From assembly GCA_965235115.1 (NCBI GenBank), contig OZ249436.1, positions 14,572,001 to 14,632,000 of the forward strand: a DNA stretch of 60,000 nucleotides, read 5' to 3'. Source of the stretch: Laetmonice hystrix (lineage: Eukaryota). How positions within the stretch are numbered: the stretch's first letter is position 1; each line of letters begins with the position of its first letter. Shown piece by piece: positions 20,958 through 35,900 of this stretch. The notes below the pieces were generated by a model. That model searched no databases and had not been told where the DNA came from. It worked only from the letters and a program-made list of their open reading frames with translations. The position numbers and the translations under genes are program-made.

Positions 20958-23900
20958 CAGTGAGGCCAAACAATACACTGTGAGACTGTGAGGCCATGCA
21001 GTGTGGGAGGCCAACCAGTAGAGTGAGAAGTCCCTACATCTTACCGACTGGCCTAGTAGCCATGCAAACACTACAGTGAGGTAGTGGAAATGAAAGGTAC
21101 TGGCGAGGAGCATCTAATGTTAAAATCTGGAGAAGATACTCAAATGGCGCGGAAGTATACACATCACAACCATATATCTGTAGCGAACGTACGAAACCTA
21201 TACGTTTGACAATTACACATCTGGCCTAACAATCATAACTTTGGGGGGCGTAGCTTCAATTTGACGTATCAGAAATGTAGCCATTTTTCGCTTCTCATTG
21301 CTTCAACCTAAGAGCCACAGGTGCCTGCCAGCCCGGCCAGGTATACGTGGTGATTCCACCGGTAGCCGGAAGATGGCAGTGCAGTCGCCTCCCCCGCCGC
21401 CGCTTCAGTAGAGCTGCGCTGCACCCTGGTGTTTCTTGCCTGCAGCATCTCTGTACTCTTTCTTTGTTTGCTTCTTACTTGGGGATGGGATATCTGATAT
21501 AGAAAAGGCGTACAACGTCATTTGCCATTGTTAACTAAACCTATACGGCAAGCAGTCATTGGGACGACCTGACAACGTTGTCGCATGCTTACAGATGGTT
21601 TGTAGGGGACACAGATTAGATGGGAGTAGATGATAGACGAAAAGTATGGCCTGCCTCCTGGACAATAAAGGCATGGAAACATGAAACATGAGATGTCCCT
21701 ATATTACTGGCTACTGTTGTATACAAGCAAACGGTACAGGGAGGACAAACAGTACAGTGAGGAATCGCTACAAGGTACTGGCTGGCCTAGCACCCCAGCG
21801 AACACTACAGTGAGGCCAAAGAGTACAGTGAGGCCAAACAATACACTGTGAGACTGTGAGGCCAAGCAGTGTGGGAGGCCATCCAGTACAGTGAGAAGTC
21901 CCTACATCTTACCGACTGGCCTAGTAGCCATGCAAACACTACAGTCAGGTAGTGGAAATGAAAGGTACTGGCGAGGAGCATTTAATGTAAAAAAACTGGA
22001 GAAGATACTCAAATGGCGCGGAAGTATACACGTCACAACCATATATCTGTAGCGAACGTACGAGACCTATACGTCTGACAGGTATACATCTGGCCTAAGA
22101 ATCATAACTTTGGGGGGCGTAGTTTCAATTTGACGTATCAGAAATGTAGCCATTTCTCGCTTTTCATTGCTTTAACCTAAGAGCCACCGGTGCCCACCAG
22201 CCCGGCCAGGTATACGTGGTGATTCCACCAGTAGCCGGAAGATGGCAATGCAGTCGCCCCCTCTGCCGCCGCTTCAGTAGAGCTGCGCTGCACCCTGGTG
22301 TTTCTTGCCTGCAACATGTCTGTACTCTTTCTTTGTTTGTTTCTTACTAGGGTGGGATATCTGATATAGAAAAAACGTACAGCGTCATTTGCCATTGTTA
22401 ACTAAACCTTTACGGCAGCCAGTCATTGGGACGACCTGACAACGTTGTCGCACGCTTAAAGATGGTCTGTAGGGGACACAGATTAGATGGGAGTAGATGA
22501 TAGACGAAACGTATTGCCTGCTTCCTGGACAATAAAGGCATGGAAACATGAAACATGAGGCGTCCCTATATTAGTGGCTACTGTTGTGTACAAGCAAACG
22601 GTACAGGGAAGACAAACAATACAGTGAGGAATCGCTACAAGGTACTGGCTGGCCTAGCACCCCAGCGAACACTACAGTGAGGCCAAAGAGTACAGTAAGG
22701 CTAAACAGTACACTGTGAGGCCAAGCAGTGTGGGAGGCCAATCAGTAGAGTGAGAAGTCCCTACATCTTACCGACTGGCCTAGTAGCCATGCAAACACTA
22801 CAGTCAGGTCGTGGAAATGAAAGGTACTGGCGAGGAGCATTTAATGTTAAAATCTGGAGAAGATACTTAAATGGGAAGTATACACATCACAACCATATAT
22901 CTGTAGCGAACGTACGAGACCTATACGTTTGACAGTTATACATCTGGCCTAAGAATCATAACTTTGGGGGGCGTAGTTTCAATTTGACGTATCAGAAATG
23001 TAGCCATTTCTCGCTTTTCATTGCTTTAACCTAACAGCCACCGGTGCCCGCCAGCCCGGCCAGGTATACGTCGTGATTCCACCGGTAGCCGGAAGATGGC
23101 AGTGCAGTCGCCTCCCCCGCCGCCGCTTCAGTAGAGCTGCGCTGCACCCTGGTGTTTCTTGCCTGCAGCATCTCTGTACTCTTTCTTTGTTTGCTTCTTA
23201 CTTGGGGATGGGATATCTGATATAGAAAAAGCGTACAACGTCATTTGCCATTGTTAACTAAACCTTTACGGCAGCCAGTCATTGGGACGACCTGACAACG
23301 TTGTCGCACGCTTAAAGATGGTCTGTAGGGGACACAGATTAGATGGGAGTAGATGATAGACGAAACGTATTGCCTGCTTCCTGGACAATAAAGGCATGGA
23401 AACATGAAACATGAGGCGTCCCTATATTACTGGCTACTGTTGTATACAAGCAAACGGTACAGGGAATACAAACAATACAGTGAGGAATCGCTACAAGGTA
23501 CTGGCTGGCCTAGCACCCCAGCGAACACTACAGTGAGGCCAAAGAGTAGAGTAAGGCTAAACAGTAGACTGTGAGGCCAAGCAGTGTGGGAGGCCAACCA
23601 GTAGAGTGAGAAGTCACTGCATCTTACTGACTGGCCTAGTAGCCATGCAGACACTACAGTCAGGTAGTGGAAATGAAAGGTACTGGCGAGGAGCATTTAA
23701 TGTTAAAATCTGGAGAAGAAACTCAAATGGGAAGTATACACATCACAACCATATATCTGTAGCGAACGTACGAGACCTATACGTTTGACAGTTACACATC
23801 TGGCCTAAGAATCATAACTTTGGGGGGCGTAGTTTCAATTTGACGTATCAGAAATGTAGCCATTTCTCGCTTTTCATTGCTTTAACCTAAGAGCCACCGG

Positions 23901-26900
23901 TGCCCGCCTGCCCGGCCAAGTATACGTGGTGATTCCACCGGTAGCCGGAAGATGGCAGTGCAGTCGCCGCCCCCGCCGCCGCTTCAGTAGAGCTGCGCTG
24001 CACCCTGGTGTTTCTTGCCTGCAGTATCTCTGTACTCTTTCTTTGTTTGCTTCTTACTTGGGGATGGGATATCTGATATAGAAAAGGCGGACAATGTCAT
24101 TTGCCAATGTTAACTAAACCTATACGGCAAGGAGTCATTGGGACGACCTGACAACGTTGTCGCATGCTTACAGATGGTTTGTAGGGGACACAGATTAGAT
24201 GGGAGTAGATGATAGACGAAAAGAATGGCCTGCCTCCTGGACAATAAAGGCATGGAAACATGAAACATGAGGCGTCTCTATATTACTGGCTACTGTTGTA
24301 TACAAGCAAACGGTACAGGGAGGACAAACAGTACAGTGAGGAATCGCTACAAGGTACTGGCTGGCCTAGCACCCCAGCGAACACTACAGTGAGGCCAAAG
24401 AGTAGGCCTACAGTGAGGCCAAACAATACACTGTGAGACTGTGAGGCCATGCAGTGTGGGAGGCCAACCAGTAGAGTGAGAAGTCCCTACATCTTACCGA
24501 CTGGCCTAGTAGCCATGCAAACACTACAGTGAGGTAGTGGAAATGAAAGGTACTGGCGAGGAGCATCTAATGTTAAAATCTGGAGAAGATACTCAAATGG
24601 CGCGGAAGTATACACATCACAACCATATATCTGTAGCGAACGTACGAAACCTATACGTTTGACAATTACACATCTGGCCTAACAATCATAACTTTGGCGG
24701 GCGTAGTTTCAATTTGACGTATCAGAAATGTAGCCATTTTTCGCTTTTCATTGCTTTAACCTAAGAGCCACCTGTGCCCGCCAGCCCGGCCAGGTATACG
24801 TCGTGATTCCACCGGTAGCCGGAAGATGGCAGTGCAGTCGCCTCCCTCGCCGCCGCTTCAGTAGAGCTGCGCTGCACCCTGGTGTTTCTTGCCTGCAGCA
24901 TCTCTGTACTCTTCCTTTGTTTGCTTCTTACTTGGGGATGGGATATCTGATATAGAAAAAGCGTACAGCGTCATTTGCCATTGTTAACTAAACCTTTACG
25001 GCAGCCAGTCATTGGGACGACCTGACAACGTTGTCGCATGCTTACAGATGGTTTGTAGGGGACACAGATTAGATGGGAGTAGATGATAGACGAAAAGTAT
25101 GGCCTGCCTCCTGGACAATAAAGGCATGGAAACATGAAACATGAGGCGTCTCTATATTACTGGCTACTGTTGTATACAAGCAAACGGTACAGGGAGGACA
25201 AACAGTACAGTGAGGAATCGCTACAAGGTACTGGCTGGCCTAGCACCCCAGCGAACACTACAGTGAGGCCAAAGGGTACAGTAAGGCTAAACAGTACACT
25301 GTGAGGCCAAGCAGTGTGGGAGGCCAACCAGTAGAGTGAGAAGTCCCTACATCTTACCGACTGGCCTAGTAGCCATGCAAACACTACAGTCAGGTAGTGG
25401 AAATGAAAGGTACTGGCGAGGAGCATTTAATGTTAAAATCTGGAGAAGATACTTAAATGGGAAGTATACACATCACAACCATATATCTGTAGCAAACGTA
25501 CGAGACCTATACGTTTGACAATTATACATCATAACTTTGGGGGGCGTAGTTTCAATTTGACGTATCAGAAATGTAGCCATTTTTCGCTTCTCATTGCTTT
25601 AACCTAAGAGCCACAGGTGCCTGCCAGCCCGGCCAGGTATACGTGGTGATTCCACCGGTAGCCGGAAGATGGCAGTGCAGTCGCCTCCCCCGCCGCCGCT
25701 TCAGTAGAGCTGCGCTGCACCCTGGTGTTTCTTGCCTGCAGCATCTCTGTACTCTTTCTTTGTTTGCTTCTTACTTGGGGATGGGATATCTGATATAGAA
25801 AAGGCGTACAACGTCATTTGCCATTGTTAACTAAACCTATACGGCAAGCAGTCATTGGGACGACCTGACAACGTTGTCGCATGCTTACAGATGGTTTGTA
25901 GGGGACACAGATTAGATGGGAGTAGATGATAGACGAAAAGTATGGCCTGCCTCCTGGACAATAAAGGCATGGAAACATGAAACATGAGATGTCCCTATAT
26001 TACTGGCTACTGTTGTATACAAGCAAACGGTACAGGGAGGACAAACAGTACAGTGAGGAATCGCTACAAGGTACTGGCTGGCCTAGCACCCCAGCGAACA
26101 CTACAGTGAGGCCAAACAATACACTGTGAGACTGTGAGGCCAAGCAGTGTGGGAGGCCAACCAGTAGAGTGAGAAGTCCCTACATCTTACCGACTGGCCT
26201 AGTAGCCATGCAAACACTACAGTCAGGTAGTGGAAATGAAAGGTACTGGCAAGGAGCATTTAATGTAAAAAAAACTGGAGAAGATACTCAAATGGCGCGG
26301 AAGTATACACGTCACAACCATATATCTGTAGCGAACGTACGAGACCTATACGTCTGACAGGTATACATCTGGCCTAAGAATCATAACTTTGGGGGGCGTA
26401 GTTTCAATTTGACGTATCAGAAATGTAGCCATTTCTCGCTTTTCATTGCTTTAACCTAAGAGCCACCGGTGCCCACCAGCCCGGCCAGGTATACGTGGTG
26501 ATTCCACCAGTAGCCGGAAGATGGCAATGCAGTCGCCCCCTCTGCCGCCGCTTCAGTAGAGCTGCGCTGCACCCTGGTGTTTCTTGCCTGCAACATGTCT
26601 GTACTCTTTCTTTGTTTATTTCTTACTAGGGTGGGATATCTGATATAGAAAAAACGTACAGCGTCATTTGCCATTGTTAACTAAACCTTTACGGCAGCCA
26701 GTCATTGGGACGACCTGACAACGTTGTCGCACGCTTAAAGATGGTCTGTAGGGGACACAGATTAGATGGGAGTAGATGATAGACGAAACGTATTGCCTGC
26801 TTCCTGGACAATAAAGGCATGGAAACATGAAACATGAGGCGTCCCTATATTAGTGGCTACTGTTGTATACAAGCAAACGGTACAGGGAAGACAAACAATA

Positions 26901-29900
26901 CAGTGAGGAATCGCTACAAGGTACTGGCTGGCCTAGCACCCCAGCGAACACTACAGTGAGGCCAAAGAGTACAGTAAGGCTAAACAGTACACTGTGAGGC
27001 CAAGCAGTGTGGGAGGCCAATCAGTAGAGTGAGAAGTCCCTACATCTTACCGACTGGCCTAGTAGCCATGCAAACACTACAGTCAGGTCGTGGAAATGAA
27101 AGGTACTGGCGAGGAACATTTAATGTTAAAATCTGGAGAAGATACTTAAATGGGAAGTATACACATCACAACCATATATCTGTAGCGAACGTACGAGACG
27201 TATACGTTTGACAGTTATACATCTGGCCTAAGAATCATAACTTTGGGGGGCGTAGTTTCAATTTGACGTATCAGAAATGTAGCCATTTCTCGCTTTTCAT
27301 TGCTTTAACCTAAGAGCCACCGGTGCCCGCCAGCCCGGCCAGGTATACGTCGTGATTCCACCGGTAGCCGGAAGATGGCAGTGCAGTCGCCTCCCCCGCC
27401 GCCGCTTCAGTAGAGCTGCGCTGCACCCTGGTGTTTCTTGCCTGCAGCATCTCTGTACTCTTTCTTTGTTTGCTTCTTACTTGGGGATGGGATATCTGAT
27501 ATAGAAAAAGCGTACAACGTCATTTGCCATTGTTAACTAAACCTTTACGGCAGCCAGTCATTGGGACGACCTGACAACGTTGTCGCACGCTTAAAGATGG
27601 TCTGTAGGGGACACAGATTAGATGGGAGTAGATGATAGACGAAACGTATGGCCTGCTTCCTGGACAATAAAGGCATGGAAACATGAAACATGAGGCGTCC
27701 CTATATTACTGGCTACTGTTGTATACAAGCAAACGGTACAGGGAAGACAAACAATACAGTGAGGAATCGCTACAAGGTACTGGCTGGCCTAGCACCCCAG
27801 CGAACACTACAGTGAGGCCAAAGAGTAGAGTAAGGCTAAACAGTACACTGTGAGGCCAAGCAGTGTGGGAGGCCAACCAGTAGAGTGAGAAGTCACTGCA
27901 TCTTACTGACTGGCCTAGTAGCCATGCAGACACTACAGTCAGGTAGTGGAAATGAAAGGTACTGGCGAGGAGCATTTAATGTTAAAATCTGGAGAAGAAA
28001 CTCAAATGGGAAGTATACACATCACAACCATATATCTGTAGCGAACGTACGAGACCTATACCTTTGACAGTTACACATCTGGCCTAAGAATCATAACTTT
28101 GGGGGGCGTAGTTTCAATTTGACGTATCAGAAATGTAGCCATTTTTCGCTTTTCATTGCTTTAACCTAAGAGCCACCGGTGCCCGCCAGCCCGGCCAGGT
28201 ATACGTGGTGATTCCACCGGTAGCCGGAAGATGGCAGTGCAGTCGCCTCCCTCGCCGCCGCTTCAGTAGAGCTGCGCTGCACCCTGGTGTTTCTTGCCTG
28301 CAGCATCTCTGTACTCTTCCTTTGTTTGCTTCTTACTTGGGGATGGGATATCTGATATAGAAAAAGCGTACAGCGTCATTTGCCATTGTTAACTAAACCT
28401 TTACGGCAGCCAGTCATTGGGACGACCTGACAACGTTGTCGCATGCTTACAGATGGTTTGTAGGGGACACAGATTAGATGGGAGTAGATGATAGACGAAA
28501 AGTATGGCCTGCCTCCTGGACAATAAAGGCATGGAAACATGAAACATGAGGCGTCTCTATATTACTGGCTACTGTTGTATACAAGCAAACGGTACAGGGA
28601 GGACAAACAGTACAGTGAGGAATCGCTACAAGGTACTGGCTGGCCTAGCACCCCAGCGAACACTACAGTGAGGCCAAAGAGTAGGCCTACAGTGAGGCCA
28701 AACAATACACTGTGAGACTGTGAGGCCATGCAGTGTGGGAGGCCAACCAGTAGAGTGAGAAGTCCCTACATCTTACCGACTGGCCTAGTAGCCATGCAAA
28801 CACTACAGTGAGGTAGTGGAAATGAAAGGTACTGGCGAGGAGCATCTAATGTTAAAATCTGGAGAAGATACTCAAATGGCGCGGAAGTATACACATCACA
28901 ACCATATATCTGTAGCGAACGTACGAAACCTATACGTTTGACAATTACACATCTGGCCTAACAATCATAACTTTGGGGGGCGTAGTTTCAATTTGACGTA
29001 TCAAAAATGTAGCCATTTTTCGCTTCTCATTGCTTTAACCTAAGAGCCACAGGTGCCTGCCAGCCCGGCCAGGTATACGTGGTGATTCCACCGGTAGCCG
29101 GAAGATGGCAGTGCAGTCGCCTCCCCCGCCGCCGCTTCAGTAGAGCTGCGCTGCACCCTGGTGTTTCTTGCCTGCAGCATCTCTGTACTCTTTCTTTGTT
29201 TGCTTCTTACTTGGGGATGGGATATCTGATATAGAAAAGGCGTACAACGTCATTTGCCATTGTTAACTAAACCTATACGGCAAGCAGTCATTGGGACGAC
29301 CTGACAACGTTGTCGCATGCTTACAGATGGTTTGTAGGGGACACAGATTAGATGGGAGTAGATGATAGACGAAAAGTATGGCCTGCCTCCTGGACAATAA
29401 AGGCATGGAAACATGAAACATGAGATGTCCCTATATTACTGGCTACTGTTGTATACAAGCAAACGGTACAGGGAGGACAAACAGTACAGTGAGGAATCGC
29501 TACAAGGTACTGGCTGGCCTAGCACCCCAGCGAACACTACAGTGAGGCCAAAGAGTACAGTGAGGCCAAACAATACACTGTGAGACTGTGAGGCCAAGCA
29601 GTGTGGGAGGCCAACCAGTAGAGTGAGAAGTCCCTACATCTTACCGACTGGCCTAGTAGCCATGCAAACACTACAGTCAGGTAGTGGAAATGAAAGGTAC
29701 TGGCGAGGAGCATTTAATGTAAAAAAACTGGAGAAGATACTCAAATGGCGCGGAAGTATACACGTCACAACCATATATCTGTAGCGAACGTACGAGACCT
29801 ATACGTCTGACAGGTATACATCTGGCCTAAGAATCATAACTTTGGGGGGCGTAGTTTCAATTTGACGTATCAGAAATGTAGCCATTTCTCGCTTTTCATT

Positions 29901-32900
29901 GCTTTAACCTAAGAGCCACCGGTGCCCGCCAGCCCGGCCAGGTATACGTCGTGATTCCACCGGTAGCCGGAAGATGGCAGTGCAGTCGCCTCCCCCGCCG
30001 CCGCTTCAGTAGAGCTGCGCTGCACCCTGGTGTTTCTTGCCTGCAGCATCTCTGTACTCTTTCTTTGTTTGCTTCTTACTTGGGGATGGGATATCTGATA
30101 TAGAAAAAGCGTACAACGTCATTTGCCATTGTTAACTAAACCTTTACGGCAGCCAGTCATTGGGACGACCTGACAACGTTGTCGCACGCTTAAAGATGGT
30201 CTGTAGGGGACACAGATTAGATGGGAGTAGATGATAGACGAAACGTATTGCCTGCTTCCTGGACAATAAAGGCATGGAAACATGAAACATGAGGCGTCCC
30301 TATATTACTGGCTACTGTTGTATACAAGCAAACGGTACAGGGAAGACAAACAATACAGTGAGGAATCGCTACAAGGTACTGGCTGGCCTAGCACCCCAGC
30401 GAACACTACAGTGAGGCCAAAGAGTAGAGTAAGGCTAAACAGTACACTGTGAGGCCAAGCAGTGTGGGAGGCCAACCAGTAGAGTGAGAAGTCACTGCAT
30501 CTTACTGACTGGCCTAGTAGCCATGAAGACACTACAGTCAGGTAGTGGAAATGAAAGGTACTGGCGAGGAGCATTTAATGTTAAAATCTGGAGAAGAAAC
30601 TCAAATGGGAAGTATACACATCACAACCATATATCTGTAGCGAACGTACGAGACCTATACGTTTGACAGTTACACATCTGGCCTAAGAATCATAACTTTG
30701 GGGGGCGTAGTTTCAATTTGACGTATCAGAAATGTAGCCATTTTTCGCTTTTCATTGCTTTAACCTAAGAGCCACCTGTGCCCGCCAGCCCGGCCAGGTA
30801 TACGTCGTGATTCCACCGGTAGCCGGAAGATGGCAGTGCAGTCGCCTCCCTCGCCGCCGCTTCAGTAGAGCTGCGCTGCACCCTGGTGTTTCTTGCCTGC
30901 AGCATCTCTGTACTCTTCCTTTGTTTGCTTCTTACTTGGGGATGGGATATCTGATATAGAAAAAGCGTACAGCGTCATTTGCCATTGTTAACTAAACCTT
31001 TACGGCAGCCAGTCATTGGGACGACCTGACAACGTTGTCGCATGCTTACAGATGATTTGTAGGGGACACAGATTAGATGGGAGTAGATGATAGACGAAAA
31101 GTATGGCCTGCCTCCTGGACAATAAAGGCATGGAAACATGAAACATGAGGCGTCTCTATATTACTGGCTACTGTTGTATACAAGCAAACGGTACAGGGAG
31201 GACAAACAGTACAGTGAGGAATCGCTACAAGGTACTGGCTGGCCTAGCACCCCAGCGAACACTACAGTGAGGCCAAAGAGTACAGTAAGGCTAAACAGTA
31301 CACTGTGAGGCCAAGCAGTGTGGGAGGCCAACCAGTAGAGTGAGAAGTCCCTACATCTTACCGACTGGCCTAGTAGCCATGCAAACACTACAGTCAGGTA
31401 GTGGAAATGAAAGGTACTGGCGAGGAGCATTTAATGTTAAAATCTGGAGAAGATACTTAAATGGGAAGTATACACATCACAACCATATATCTGTAGCAAA
31501 CGTACGAGACCTATACGGTTGACAATTATACATCATAACTTTGGGGGGCGTAGTTTCAATTTGACGTATCAGAAATGTAGCCATTTTTCGCTTCTCATTG
31601 CTTTAACCTAAGAGCCACAGGTGCCTGCCAGCCCGGCCAGGTATACGTGGTGATTCCACCGGTAGCCGGAAGATGGCAGTGCAGTCGCCTCCCCCGCCGC
31701 CGCTTCAGTAGAGCTGCGCTGCACCCTGGTGTTTCTTGCCTGCAGCATCTCTGTACTCTTTCTTTGTTTGCTTCTTACTTGGGGATGGGATATCTGATAT
31801 AGAAAAGGCGTACAACGTCATTTGCCATTGTTAACTAAACCTATACGGCAAGCAGTCATTGGGACGACCTGACAACGTTGTCGCATGCTTACAGATGGTT
31901 TGTAGGGGACACAGATTAGATGGGAGTAGATGATAGACGAAAAGTATGGCCTGCCTGCTGGACAATAAAGGCATGGAAACATGAAACATGAGATGTCCCT
32001 ATATTACTGGCTACTGTTGTATACAAGCAAACGGTACAGGGAGGACAAACAGTACAGTGAGGAATCGCTACAAGGTACTGGCTGGCCTAGCACCCCAGCG
32101 AACACTACAGTGAGGCCAAACAATACACTGTGAGACTGTGAGGCCAAGCAGTGTGGGAGGCCAACCAGTAGAGTGAGAAGTCCCTACATCTTACCGACTG
32201 GCCTAGTAGCCATGCAAACACTACAGTCAGGTAGTGGAAATGAAAGGTACTGGCAAGGAGCATTTAATGTAAAAAAAACTGGAGAAGATACTCAAATGGC
32301 GCGGAAGTATACACGTCACAACCATATATCTGTAGCGAACGTACGAGACCTATACGTCTGACAGGTATACATCTGGCCTAAGAATCATAACTTTGGGGGG
32401 CGTAGTTTCAATTTGACGTATCAGAAATGTAGCCATTTCTCGCTTTTCATTGCTTTAGCCTAAGAGCCACCGGTGCCCACCAGCCCGGCCAGGTATACGT
32501 GGTGATTCCACCAGTAGCCGGAAGATGGCAATACAGTCGCCCCCTCTGCCGCCGCTTCAGTAGAGCTGCGCTGCACCCTGGTGTTTCTTGCCTGCAACAT
32601 GTCTGTACTCTTTCTTTGTTTGTTTCTTACTAGGGTGGGATATCTGATATAGAAAAAACGTACAGCGTCATTTGCCATTGTTAACTAAACCTTTACGGCA
32701 GCCAGTCATTGGGACGACCTGACAACGTTGTCGCACGCTTAAAGATGGTCTGTAGGGGACACAGATTAGATGGGAGTAGATGATAGACGAAACGTATTGC
32801 CTGCTTCCTGGACAATAAAGGCATGGAAACATGAAACATGAGGCGTCCCTATATTAGTGGCTACTGTTGTATACAAGCAAACGGTACAGGGAAGACAAAC

Positions 32901-35900
32901 AATACAGTGAGGAATCGCTACAAGGTACTGGCTGGCCTAGCACCCCAGCGAACACTACAGTGAGGCCAAAGAGTACAGTAAGGCTAAACAGTACACTGTG
33001 AGGCCAAGCAGTGTGGGAGGCCAATCAGTAGAGTGAGAAGTCCCTACATCTTACCGACTGGCCTAGTAGCCATGCAAACACTACAGTCAGGTCGTGGAAA
33101 TGAAAGGTACTGGCGAGGAACATTTAATGTTAAAATCTGGAGAAGATACTTAAATGGGAAGTATACACATCACAACCATATATCTGTAGCGAACGTACGA
33201 GACCTATACGTTTGACAGTTATACATCTGGCCTAAGAATCATAACTTTGGGGGGCGTAGTTTCAATTTGACGTATCAGAAATGTAGCCATTTCTCGCTTT
33301 TCATTGCTTTAACCTAAGAGCCACCGGTGCCCGCCAGCCCGGCCAGGTATACGTCGTGATTCCACCGGTAGCCGGAAGATGGCAGTGCAGTCGCCTCCCC
33401 CGCCGCCGCTTCAGTAGAGCTGCGCTGCACCCTGGTGTTTCTTGCCTGCAGCATCTCTGTACTCTTTCTTTGTTTGCTTCTTACTTGGGGATGGGATATC
33501 TGATATAGAAAAAGCGTACAACGTCATTTGCCATTGTTAACTAAACCTTTACGGCAGCCAGTCATTGGGACGACCTGACAACGTTGTCGCACGCTTAAAG
33601 ATGGTCTGTAGGGGACACAGATTAGATGGGAGTAGATGATAGACGAAACGTATGGCCTGCTTCCTGGACAATAAAGGCATGGAAACATGAAACATGAGGC
33701 GTCCCTATATTACTGGCTACTGTTGTATACAAGCAAACGGTACAGGGAAGACAAACAATGCAGTGAGGAATCGCTACAAGGTACTGGCTGGCCTAGCACC
33801 CCAGCGAACACTACAGTGAGGCCAAAGAGTAGAGTAAGGCTAAACAGTACACTGTGAGGCCAAGCAGTGTGGGAGGCCAACCAGTAGAGTGAGAAGTCAC
33901 TGCATCTTACTGACTGGCCTAGTAGCCATGCAGACACTACAGTCAGGTAGTGGAAATGAAAGGTACTGGCGAGGAGCATTTAATGTTAAAATCTGGAGAA
34001 GAAACTCAAATGGGAAGTATACACATCACAACCATATATCTGTAGCGAACGTACGAGACCTATACGTTTGACAGTTACACATCTGGCCTAAGAATCATAA
34101 CTTTGGGGGGCGTAGTTTCAATTTGACGTATCAGAAATGTAGCCATTTTTCGCTTTTCATTGCTTTAACCTAAGAGCCACCGGTGCCCGCCAGCCCGGCC
34201 AGGTATACGTGGTGATTCCACCGGTAGCCGGAAGATGGCAGTGCAGTCGCCTCCCTCGCCGCCGCTTCAGTAGAGCTGCGCTGCAACCTGGTGTTTCTTG
34301 CCTGCAGCATCTCTGTACTCTTCCTTTGTTTGCTTCTTACTTGGGGATGGGATATCTGATATAGAAAAAGCGTACAGCGTCATTTGCCATTGTTAACTAA
34401 ACCTTTACGGCAGCCAGTCATTGGGACGACCTGACAACGTTGTCGCACGCTTAAAGATGGTCTGTAGGGGACACAGATTAGATGGGAGTAGATGATAGAC
34501 GAAACGTATGGCCTGCTTCCTGGACAATAAAGGCATGGAAACATGAAACATGAGGCGTCCCTATATTACTGGCTACTGTTGTATACAAGCAAACGGTACA
34601 GGGAAGACAAACAATACAGTGAGGAATCGCTACAAGGTACTGGCTGGCCTAGCACCCCAGCGAACACTACAGTGAGGCCAAAGAGTACAGTAAGGCTAAA
34701 CAGTACACTGTGAGGCCAAGCAGTGTGGGAGGCCAATCAGTAGAGTGAGAAGTCCCTACATCTTACCGACTGGCCTAGTAGCCATGCAAACACTACAGTC
34801 AGGTCGTGGAAATGAAAGGTACTGGCGAGGAACATTTAATGTTAAAATCTGGAGAAGATACTTAAATGGGAAGTATACACATCACAACCATATATCTGTA
34901 GCGAACGTACGAGACCTATACGTTTGACAGTTATACATCTGGCCTAAGAATCATAACTTTGGGGGGCGTAGTTTCAATTTGACGTATCAGAAATGTAGCC
35001 ATTTCTCGCTTTTCATTGCTTTAACCTAAGAGCCACCGGTGCCCGCCAGCCCGGCCAGGTATACGTCGTGATTCCACCGGTAGCCGGAAGATGGCAGTGC
35101 AGTCGCCTCCCCCGCCGCCGCTTCAGTAGAGCTGCGCTGCACCCTGGTGTTTCTTGCCTGCAGCATCTCTGTACTCTTTCTTTGTTTGCTTCTTACTTGG
35201 GGATGGGATATCTGATATAGAAAAAGCGTACAACGTCATTTGCCATTGTTAACTAAACCTTTACGGCAGCCAGTCATTGGGACGACCTGACAACGTTGTC
35301 GCACGCTTAAAGATGGTCTGTAGGGGACACAGATTAGATGGGAGTAGATGATAGACGAAACGTATGGCCTGCTTCCTGGACAATAAAGGCATGGAAACAT
35401 GAAACATGAGGCGTCCCTATATTACTGGCTACTGTTGTATACAAGCAAACGGTACAGGGAAGACAAACAATGCAGTGAGGAATCGCTACAAGGTACTGGC
35501 TGGCCTAGCACCCCAGCGAACACTACAGTGAGGCCAAAGAGTAGAGTAAGGCTAAACAGTACACTGTGAGGCCAAGCAGTGTGGGAGGCCAACCAGTAGA
35601 GTGAGAAGTCACTGCATCTTACTGACTGGCCTAGTAGCCATGCAGACACTACAGTCAGGTAGTGGAAATGAAAGGTACTGGCGAGGAGCATTTAATGTTA
35701 AAATCTGGAGAAGAAACTCAAATGGGAAGTATACACATCACAACCATATATCTGTAGCGAACGTACGAGACCTATACGTTTGACAGTTACACATCTGGCC
35801 TAAGAATCATAACTTTGGGGGGCGTAGTTTCAATTTGACGTATCAGAAATGTAGCCATTTTTCGCTTTTCATTGCTTTAACCTAAGAGCCACCGGTGCCC